Part shown: one piece after another, positions 1 to 5,236 of the stretch
Position numbering within the stretch: position 1 is the first letter of the stretch
How the letters are laid out: every line of letters begins with the position of its first letter
Origin: Verrucomicrobiota bacterium
GTDB lineage: Bacteria > Verrucomicrobiota > Verrucomicrobiia > Chthoniobacterales > UBA6821
DNA: 5,236 bases
Direction: 5' to 3'
NCBI GenBank assembly: GCA_008932965.1
Contig: WBXG01000080.1
Location: 1 to 5,236, forward strand
Translations under genes and position numbers: made by a program
Notes under the pieces: generated by a model
Database searches by the model: none
What the model saw: the letters and a program-made list of their open reading frames with translations, nothing else
What the model was told of the DNA's origin: nothing

Positions 1-2
1 AC

Positions 3-2183
3 AGTCTACTCATTGGGAGCCTCCTTTATGTCGGTTTTGCCACTCTCTCTTCGATGCCTGACGTGATGAAGTCAGCCCTTCGTTTTCTCTACACAACAAC
101 AACTGCTTTTTTACTACTACTGTTTTTTAAGAAAAAATTTACAGAATGGAAGCAAGGACTTCTTCTTGTGCTAGTTGTTGTTGCAGGCCTTCTCCCGTAC
201 CTTTATATGCCTTTGGCTTCTAGTACAAATCCTCCTATGAATTGGAGCTATACGAGTACTCGTGAAGGATTTTTTTATTCAATTAATCGTTCTCAATATT
301 GGGGAACCTTAGCTGATCAGTTACAAGGAACTATTGGGAAAGCCATGGGGGTTCCTCCTGAAAAAAATCAATCGCTAATGAAGATGCAGGCAGGAGAATC
401 TTCATTGGAATTATTTATAGGTTTTTTTAAACGATTTTGGAGAGTTCTTTTTAAAAACATTTCACCATTTCCTTTGTTACTTATTTTTTTGGCAACTCCC
501 TTTTTGCGACAACAAACCAGAGAGCAACGGATTTGGTTTATCCTCCTTTTGACTGGATTGATGCTAGCAGCATTTTTTGAGCCAATCATGGCACCTAGCG
601 GCTATGATAATCCAACCTGGGATATGCAAAAACCATGGCAAGGACTGAGTTATGGGTTTTTGCTTCTTTTAGCGAGCTATGGTACTGCTCTTCTTTTTAA
701 AAGATTAGAAAGATTCTCTCCTCGTGCAGGGATGGCGCTCCTTCTTTGTTCTGGAATCATTTCACTATATACTTTTTGTATCGGACTTCCTCGAAGCTCT
801 CAACGCAATCATTGGTTTGGATGGATGTTTGGTCACGATATGCTAGCAGACCTTCCTCCTGATAGCTTCTTCTTTGGAGGAACTGATCCCGGGCGCTTCA
901 TACCAACTTATATGATATTTGGTGAGAGCTTTATAGACCCGCGTTATAAACGTGACCCTCACTTTGATCGTCGAGACCTTTATGTTGTTACTCAGAATGC
1001 ATTAGCTGATAAATATTATAATCAGTATATCCGTTCTCACTATACTGAGGAACGTCCTTCAACCTTTAATTGGATAGAACGCTTTTTAGGACGTGATCAT
1101 ACCTATCCAAAAGCAAATCTCATACTTCCTCATCCAGAAGATATCTCCACTCTCTATCAGAGCTCGATCCAAAAGCTTCAAGGCAATCCTGAAGTAGCTC
1201 GACAACAGATAAATTCAGCATTTCTAAATTCCGCTATTGCAGAGTGGATTTTTCTTCGTAATCGCGATCAACATCGCTTTTTTGTAGAAGAGAGTTTTTC
1301 GATGCCATGGAGTTATCCCTACGCTATCCCGCATGGACTCTGCTATGAAATCAACCATGATCCCCTTCCCTCACTTTCAACAGAAATTGTAATTCGTGAT
1401 CAACAATTCTGGAATGAGTATATCAAGCGCTTAAGAGCCTCAAAAGGTTTTGAGAATGACGAAGTTGCTCAACATTCTTTTGCCAAACTCCGTAATACAA
1501 CAGGAAATATCTATGCTTCTCGAAACATGCAACCAGAAGCGGAGTTCGCATATAAACAAGCCCTTGATTTGTGGCCTGGTAATAGTGAAACAGTAGAAAA
1601 CATGCTAAATCTACTCTCCAAACAAGGGCGATTTGAAGAAGCCAAAGAACTCGTGAATGCCTCACTTCGTGTTGATCCTAATAGTCCCTCTCTTAAAAAA
1701 ATGATGGAATTTACTAGCACTCGTCTTAAATCCAGCAAAGAGGCCCCCCTACTCCAACAACGCTTTGATACAGAGCCTAACAATCGTCCTCTATTAATAA
1801 AATTGCTTCAAGATTATGGAACTATTGGAAATCAAAAAAAAGTTGATCAACTTGTTAACAATGCTATTCATGCAAACCCTCATGATGCATCACTGCTGCG
1901 TGAATTCATTAATTTTTACGCTATGCAAAACAACATTCCCAAAGCGATGGAAACAGCCGAACTTTTAATAAAAATACAGCCAAACGAGTGGGATGTTCCC
2001 TTCACAAAAGCTAAGTACCAAGTCCTACTAGGAAAAAATGAGGATGCTATTGTAACTCTTCATCAAGCTTTGAAGCTTGGCGGTCAAGCTGCACTACAAC
2101 AAATTGTTCGGGAACCTCTCCTTCAACAGCTCGCTAGCCTTCCATCATTTCAAAAACTATTAAATAATCAGAATCAACACTGA
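3..2183 (+). CDS. Polytopic membrane protein with C-terminal TPR repeats, DUF2723/TMEM260-like GT-C glycosyltransferase family (5' partial, N-terminus outside the window)
   Basis: The frame of ORF 54..2183 stays open back to position 3, reading SLLIGSLLYVGFATLSS before the listed Met. That stretch is hydrophobic, so the gene very likely starts upstream of the window. At least six hydrophobic helices are visible, including AFLLLLFF, GLLLVLVVVAGLLPYLYMPL, PFPLLLIFLATPFL, IWFILLLTGLMLAAFF, GLSYGFLLLLASYGTALLF and GMALLLCSGIISLYTFCIGL. The loop NPPMNWSYTSTREGFFYSINRSQYWG and the segment FGGTDPGRFIPTYMIF...RRDLYVVTQNALADKYY resemble conserved DUF2723 blocks as I recall them. From about nt 1536 to 2100 there are TPR-like repeats, for example AEFAYKQALDLWPGNSETVENMLNLLSKQGRFEEAKELVNASLRVDPNSP. 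The stop is TGA at 2181-2183. Confidence 0.85.
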   Translation, partial: SLLIGSLLYVGFATLSSMPDVMKSALRFLYTTTTAFLLLLFFKKKFTEWKQGLLLVLVVVAGLLPYLYMPLASSTNPPMNWSYTSTREGFFYSINRSQYWGTLADQLQGTIGKAMGVPPEKNQSLMKMQAGESSLELFIGFFKRFWRVLFKNISPFPLLLIFLATPFLRQQTREQRIWFILLLTGLMLAAFFEPIMAPSGYDNPTWDMQKPWQGLSYGFLLLLASYGTALLFKRLERFSPRAGMALLLCSGIISLYTFCIGLPRSSQRNHWFGWMFGHDMLADLPPDSFFFGGTDPGRFIPTYMIFGESFIDPRYKRDPHFDRRDLYVVTQNALADKYYNQYIRSHYTEERPSTFNWIERFLGRDHTYPKANLILPHPEDISTLYQSSIQKLQGNPEVARQQINSAFLNSAIAEWIFLRNRDQHRFFVEESFSMPWSYPYAIPHGLCYEINHDPLPSLSTEIVIRDQQFWNEYIKRLRASKGFENDEVAQHSFAKLRNTTGNIYASRNMQPEAEFAYKQALDLWPGNSETVENMLNLLSKQGRFEEAKELVNASLRVDPNSPSLKKMMEFTSTRLKSSKEAPLLQQRFDTEPNNRPLLIKLLQDYGTIGNQKKVDQLVNNAIHANPHDASLLREFINFYAMQNNIPKAMETAELLIKIQPNEWDVPFTKAKYQVLLGKNEDAIVTLHQALKLGGQAALQQIVREPLLQQLASLPSFQKLLNNQNQH

Positions 2184-2243
2184 TTGAGTGAGCACATAGA
2201 GTATTGACATAGTAACGGGGTAAGTTTAAGAAATTGTAAAATT

Positions 2244-2582
2244 ATGAATATTTCAGAATCCGGAACTACAACAACTGCCTCTATTTCAGCGTCGCCTGGT
2301 TCAATATCAACAAACGAACCTATCGATGAAAAAGTTACTGGAAAAAGAGGAAGATTAACGGATGTGACTGATAATTCCAAAGGGGAAGCGACAGAAAAAA
2401 AAACCTACAACTCATTTTCTCTTCCTGTGTCTGCATTACCTCATAGTGATTTTAAACCAATTGAGGAGTTAAGCAGCTCCTTAAAAGGAATGAAAATTGA
2501 TTCCTCCGATGCTTCTACGCAAAGAATCTTGAAACCGCAAGCAAGACGCCCTCAGGTGCTACCACACGATAGTGGTCCCTAA
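2244..2582 (+). CDS. Hypothetical small protein, Ser/Thr-rich and probably disordered (coding status uncertain)
   Basis: This 112-aa ATG ORF fills most of the 479-nt gap between the stop of the membrane protein gene (2183) and the stop of the convergent CinA-C gene (2663). It has no hydrophobic segment, no Cys or Trp, and matches no family I recognise. There is no clear SD; the upstream sequence is gtttaagaaattgtaaaatt. A perfect TTGACA lies at 2204-2209, followed by a 17-nt spacer and a weak -10 (TAAGAA, 2227-2232). The ORF ends 18 nt before the inverted repeat at 2600. Confidence 0.4.
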   Translation: MNISESGTTTTASISASPGSISTNEPIDEKVTGKRGRLTDVTDNSKGEATEKKTYNSFSLPVSALPHSDFKPIEELSSSLKGMKIDSSDASTQRILKPQARRPQVLPHDSGP

Positions 2583-2599
2583 ATACGAAGAAATAGTCT

Positions 2600-2666
2600 T
2601 TAACCCACATATTTCATACGGAATCGTCATAAGGAGGTCACAATTAGTATGAAATATGCGGGTTAA
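2600..2666. terminator. Long imperfect inverted repeat between convergent genes, a candidate bidirectional transcription terminator or structured element
   Basis: I paired the arms by hand. 2600-2619 (ttaacccacatatttcatac) pairs with 2647-2666 (gtatgaaatatgcgggttaa): 20 positions, 19 Watson-Crick pairs and one A/C mismatch (2607/2659). The loop is 27 nt (2620-2646). The 3' arm covers the TAA stop of the minus-strand CinA-C gene (2663-2665). On the minus strand the stem is followed by a partly U-rich stretch (agactatttcttcgtattt). On the plus strand no U-tract follows. The loop is much larger than in classical intrinsic terminators. Confidence 0.45.
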
Positions 2667-3172
2667 TGAGGAGTTAAAATTCTATACAATCTTTTTAACA
2701 TGGCATCTACCCCTTTTTCTTTAAAAGCAAGACGCTCAATACTGGGGAAAAATTCTTTCCAAACGACTGTTTCTTTACCTTCCTGGGCAATCGCTAAATA
2801 AAGTGTTCCTACTGGAACTTCTTCATTCCCTCCTGTGGGTCCAGCAATTCCCGTGGTTGCCAGTCCAAAGGAAGCTCCACTTTTCTCCCTGACTCCCTCT
2901 GCCATAGCCATTGCTACTTCCTTGCTGGCGGCCCCATGCTCTTCAAGCATTATTAAAGGAATATCTAATAATTGCATTTTTGAAGCATTCGAGTAGGTAA
3001 CCAATCCTAGTTTAAAAACATCAGAAGCCCCAGGAATATTCGTAAAGCAGTGAGCAAGCAATCCCCCTGTGCATGATTCTGCTGTTGCCAAAATCAAAGA
3101 GAGATCCCTCAATCTAGGAATGATAAGAGCAGTATTTTTTTCTATCTCGGATATTTGATACTGAAGTTTCAT
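2663..3172 (-). CDS. pncC: CinA C-terminal domain protein, a nicotinamide-nucleotide (NMN) amidohydrolase of PncC type
   Basis: Family hallmarks are present: TAESCTGG (nt 3062-3085), VTYSNASK, TTGIAGPTGG and PVGTLYLA. It is a stand-alone domain of about 169 aa with no N-terminal MoCF-binding domain. The listed ORF begins at 3199, but that codon is GTG. The ATG at 3172-3170 (MKLQYQ...) leaves about 30 residues before TAESCTGG, similar to E. coli PncC as I recall it, so I prefer 3172. 3199 remains possible. Neither candidate start has a clear SD. Confidence 0.85.
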   Translation of the reverse strand: MKLQYQISEIEKNTALIIPRLRDLSLILATAESCTGGLLAHCFTNIPGASDVFKLGLVTYSNASKMQLLDIPLIMLEEHGAASKEVAMAMAEGVREKSGASFGLATTGIAGPTGGNEEVPVGTLYLAIAQEGKETVVWKEFFPSIERLAFKEKGVDAMLKRLYRILTPH

Positions 3173-3265
3173 GAGATGCCGTGCAGGGCTTGTGAGCACA
3201 AGCCGAATAAAGAATGACGGGTTATGGAAACAGCAACCTTATCACGCACCCACTTTTTGAATAGA

Positions 3266-3649
3266 CTATAAATCGAGTCGCTTGGCATCACCCCAAAGAG
3301 ACTCGAGATCATAGAGTTCACGGAGCTTGTTATGGAAGATATGTACAATAACAGTCCCATAATCGAGCACAATCCAAGGACTCCCTGGATAGCTATCATC
3401 AGAAAAGGGAGAACAATCGTGCTTTTCCCGTATCGTTTCTCGAATGGAGCTTGCGATCGCTTTAATTTGTGGCTCTGAATTTCCAGAAACGATAACGAAA
3501 TAATCGGTAAAGGTGGAAATACCTCTTAGATCGAGGATCACGGGATCTTCTGCTTTTTTATCTGCAGCAGCCTCTAAACATAAAAGGGCTAGTTGCTCTT
3601 CAGTATTCTTTTCAGAGCGAGGAAGGACGGTAGAGAGATTTTTTTTCAA
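3266..3649 (-). CDS. rsfS: Ribosome silencing factor RsfS (YbeB/iojap family)
   Basis: The 127-aa product carries typical RsfS blocks: DPVILDLRGISTFTDYFVIVSGNS, WIVLDYGTVIVHIF and LRELYDLESLW. It lies directly downstream of nadD, a widely conserved arrangement. The start codon at 3649-3647 is TTG (caa on the plus strand). There is no in-frame ATG or GTG before the conserved core, so TTG is the only canonical start. The stop is TAG at 3268-3266. Confidence 0.85.
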   Translation of the reverse strand: MKKNLSTVLPRSEKNTEEQLALLCLEAAADKKAEDPVILDLRGISTFTDYFVIVSGNSEPQIKAIASSIRETIREKHDCSPFSDDSYPGSPWIVLDYGTVIVHIFHNKLRELYDLESLWGDAKRLDL

Positions 3650-4187
3650 GATAAGAAAATACAGGGGGTGATAAAAGATAGGAAAATTCTGTGCCTCGAG
3701 CGCAACGGTCTCGAATTTCAGTAGAAGAAATATCGATTCGCCGCTTCAGCAAAGGAATTCTTGAGGTTGAACTACTTCCTCTTATAAAGAAAGAAAAAGT
3801 CACTCTTTTTTTCAATTCTTCAATCTCCCTCCATCCAGGAAGCGTGTTAGCATGGTCCTCTCCAAGAAGATAAAAAAAGGTCGCTTCTGGAAATTCCTTC
3901 TCTAACTCTTTCACTGTCTCAATAGCATAAGAGGGCCCACGACGGCTTAATTCACGAGGATCCACTGTAAAGCGAGGCTCGCCCTCAGTAGCTAAGAGCA
4001 ACATAGCCAAACGATCCTCTCGAGAAGCTTGCGGTGGTGCTTCTTTTTTATAAGGAGAGAGACGTGCTGGTAAAAAAATTAACTGATCTAAATGTAAGAG
4101 TTCAAGAGCATCATATGCCAGAATAAGATGCCCTAAATGAACTGGATCAAAAGTACCTCCAAAAAGACCAATGCGTTCTTGCTTCAT
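3612..4187 (-). CDS. nadD: Nicotinate-nucleotide (NaMN) adenylyltransferase NadD
   Basis: The 191-aa product starts at ATG 4187-4185. It has the N-terminal nucleotidyltransferase signature GLFGGTFDPVHLGHL (the HxGH motif), the C-terminal ISSTEIR motif, and a typical C-terminal YLxxxxLYR ending. Confidence 0.92.
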   Translation of the reverse strand: MKQERIGLFGGTFDPVHLGHLILAYDALELLHLDQLIFLPARLSPYKKEAPPQASREDRLAMLLLATEGEPRFTVDPRELSRRGPSYAIETVKELEKEFPEATFFYLLGEDHANTLPGWREIEELKKRVTFSFFIRGSSSTSRIPLLKRRIDISSTEIRDRCARGTEFSYLLSPPVFSYLEKKSLYRPSSL

Positions 4188-4216
4188 TATAAAATCAACT
4201 TGTAGACTGCGAAGCT

Positions 4217-5236
4217 ATGGAAAATTTACCACTCGGTCAACTCCTCCTCATGGGTATTCCAGGGACTACCCTTGATGCCCCCACTATTAGACTAATCGAG
4301 CAAGTACAACCAGGAGGCTTTATTCTTTTTGGACGTAATATTCAAACTCCAGAACAACTTCGTCATCTCATTGATACACTCCGCAAGCATAGTGAAATTG
4401 AACCGATCATCACGATTGATCAAGAAGGAGGACGTGTTTCTCGGTTAAAACTCCTCGGTAATGAACCTCCCAATGCTTATCAACTTCGCTCCTCTGGAAA
4501 TCCTGAACTGATTCGACGCCATGGTGAGATAACTGGAAAATTACTCAAACTTTTTGGATTCAATCTCGATCTTTGTCCAGTCCTCGATATTGCTTTTGAT
4601 GAAGAGGCAGATAATTCCTTACGAGGACGCTGTTATGGCAACGATGCAGATCAGGTAATAGAACTTGCTGGAATTTTTAACGATGCCTTAAGAGCAACTG
4701 GCATTCTAAGTTGTGGCAAACACTTTCCTGGGTACTCCTGTGCTCCAAGCGACCCCCACTACGATCTCTCGGCCCTCCAACGATCTCGATCAGAGCTTGA
4801 AGCAAACGAACTTAAAGTTTTCCGTCACTTCGCTTCACCATCCAACTCAAAATCCCAATCTGCTTCAACATTTGCTACTAACGTGCAATTTCAAAATAGA
4901 TCGGTCGATAGTATGATGATTGGACACATCAGCTTTGCTGAACTTGATAGTTCTGGACTTCCAGCCTCCCTTTCTCCAAACATCATTACTCAATTATTAC
5001 GAGAGGAGATGGGCTTTAAAGGACTTATCATGACCGATGACCTTGATATGGGAGCTATCATTAATAATTATACTTTACACGACATGCTTCGACTCGGACT
5101 CTCTGCTGGAAATGATCTGCTCATGATTTGCCATCGCACGGAACTAGCGGAAGAGGCAGTGCATCACTTGGCTACCGTCCCGCAAGAACAAGTGGAGCGT
5201 GCCATCCGAAATATAGCGCTTTTTAAAGCACGCATG
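4217..5236 (+). CDS. nagZ: Beta-N-acetylglucosaminidase, glycoside hydrolase family 3, NagZ type (3' partial, runs off the window)
   Basis: This ORF is absent from the supplied track. I translated it by hand from ATG 4217 in frame 2: 340 codons with no stop through 5236. An in-frame TAA lies upstream at 4190-4192. The translation reads MENLPLGQLLLMGIPGTTLDAPTIRLIEQVQPGGFILFGRNI...ITIDQEGGRVSRL...DLCPVLDI...GILSCGKHFPGYSCAPSDPHYDL...SMMIGHISF...LREEMGFKGLIMTDDLDMGAI...GNDLLMICH. The blocks IDQEGGRV (4415-4438), KHFPG...D.H (4718-4759) and MTDDLDM (5030-5050, which includes the nucleophile Asp) are GH3/NagZ hallmarks. Confidence 0.87.
   Translation, partial: MENLPLGQLLLMGIPGTTLDAPTIRLIEQVQPGGFILFGRNIQTPEQLRHLIDTLRKHSEIEPIITIDQEGGRVSRLKLLGNEPPNAYQLRSSGNPELIRRHGEITGKLLKLFGFNLDLCPVLDIAFDEEADNSLRGRCYGNDADQVIELAGIFNDALRATGILSCGKHFPGYSCAPSDPHYDLSALQRSRSELEANELKVFRHFASPSNSKSQSASTFATNVQFQNRSVDSMMIGHISFAELDSSGLPASLSPNIITQLLREEMGFKGLIMTDDLDMGAIINNYTLHDMLRLGLSAGNDLLMICHRTELAEEAVHHLATVPQEQVERAIRNIALFKARM

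Noticed and set aside
96-106. 11-nt exact repeat acaacaactgc at 96-106 and 2268-2278
   Set aside because: Both copies encode Thr-Thr-Thr-Ala runs (YTTTTAF and GTTTTAS). The match is short and is explained by preferred Thr codons, and there is no flanking similarity suggesting a repeat element.
368-589. Minus-strand 73-aa ORF inside the membrane protein gene
   Set aside because: It lies wholly antisense to a confidently coding region. The product is basic and low-complexity and matches no family, so it is a typical shadow ORF in AT-rich sequence.
1423-1783. Two overlapping minus-strand ORFs (1423..1665 and 1511..1783) antisense to the TPR-encoding region
   Set aside because: They overlap each other in different frames and both lie antisense to a region with clear TPR repeats on the plus strand. 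They have no motifs and no start-site signals.
2204-2232. Candidate sigma70-type promoter: TTGACA at 2204-2209, 17-nt spacer, TAAGAA at 2227-2232
   Set aside because: The -35 is perfect, but the -10 matches consensus at only 3 of 6 positions and lacks the final T. It would also leave a leader of only about 4-10 nt. That is too weak to list as a feature, so I mention it only under the orphan ORF finding.
2174-2380. Minus-strand 68-aa ORF spanning the stop of the membrane protein gene and the 5' half of the orphan ORF
   Set aside because: It would overlap the 3' end of the upstream gene and would have to be transcribed against both neighbours. It has no recognisable family and is less plausible than the longer plus-strand ORF, which is itself uncertain.
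2395-2403. A9 homopolymer in the orphan ORF, considered as a phase-variation tract
   Set aside because: A or T runs of 7-8 nt recur throughout the window (361-367, 1695-1701, 1834-1841, 3135-3141, 3816-3822, 3872-3878). They mostly encode Lys or Phe in an AT-rich genome, so one A9 is not clearly special. Only the A8 at the nadD/rsfS frame junction seemed worth reporting.
2649-2666. Mini-ORF MKYAG with a perfect upstream SD, considered as a leader peptide or attenuator
   Set aside because: No plus-strand gene lies downstream for it to regulate, because the next gene is convergent. I kept it only as a descriptive feature of the hairpin finding.
3169-3399. Minus-strand 76-aa ORF bridging rsfS and the CinA-C gene
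   Set aside because: It runs out of frame through the conserved C-terminal part of rsfS and into the CinA-C start region. The hydrophobic, Ser-rich product has no motifs, so it is an artefact of the alternative frame.
3691-3873. Plus-strand 60-aa ORF antisense to nadD
   Set aside because: It lies entirely inside the well-supported nadD coding region on the opposite strand and has no independent signals.
4713-4916. Plus-strand 67-aa ORF listed in the track
   Set aside because: It is out of frame within the NagZ ORF (4217..5236, frame 2). That frame carries the GH3 catalytic motifs across exactly this region.
1-5236. Search for CRISPR repeats, tRNA or rRNA genes, IS or transposase genes, integrases, toxin-antitoxin pairs or defence genes
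   Set aside because: I saw no regularly spaced direct repeats, no cloverleaf-capable intergenic segment (the intergenic regions are all under 100 nt apart from the orphan-ORF region), and no ORF with nuclease, recombinase or toxin-like motifs. The window appears to be housekeeping sequence.

Overview
This window looks like ordinary core-genome sequence from a low-GC bacterium (about 40% G+C by eye, not computed). I see no mobile elements, CRISPR array, tRNA or rRNA genes, or recognisable defence or toxin modules. It holds five confident genes and one doubtful one. (1) The 3' two-thirds of a large polytopic membrane protein with a C-terminal TPR domain, resembling the DUF2723/TMEM260 GT-C glycosyltransferase family. 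It is open at the left edge. (2) An orphan 112-aa Ser/Thr-rich ORF with no family I recognise. (3-5) A minus-strand operon, nadD -> rsfS -> CinA-C/pncC, that converges on the orphan ORF and ends at a long inverted repeat. (6) A GH3 NagZ-type beta-N-acetylglucosaminidase gene, divergent from nadD. It runs off the right edge with no stop, which is presumably why the supplied ORF track omits it; I found it by translating frame 2 by hand from ATG 4217. I cannot see a clear novel system, and the findings are modest: the orphan ORF beside the glycosyltransferase-like gene, a 38-nt out-of-frame nadD/rsfS overlap across an A8 tract, an unusually large-looped hairpin carrying a perfect Shine-Dalgarno sequence, a 29-nt divergent intergenic region, and a variant active-site signature plus a Ser-rich insertion in NagZ. 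The lineage is uncertain; this gene content and GC would suit a PVC-group organism such as a verrucomicrobium, but that is a guess.
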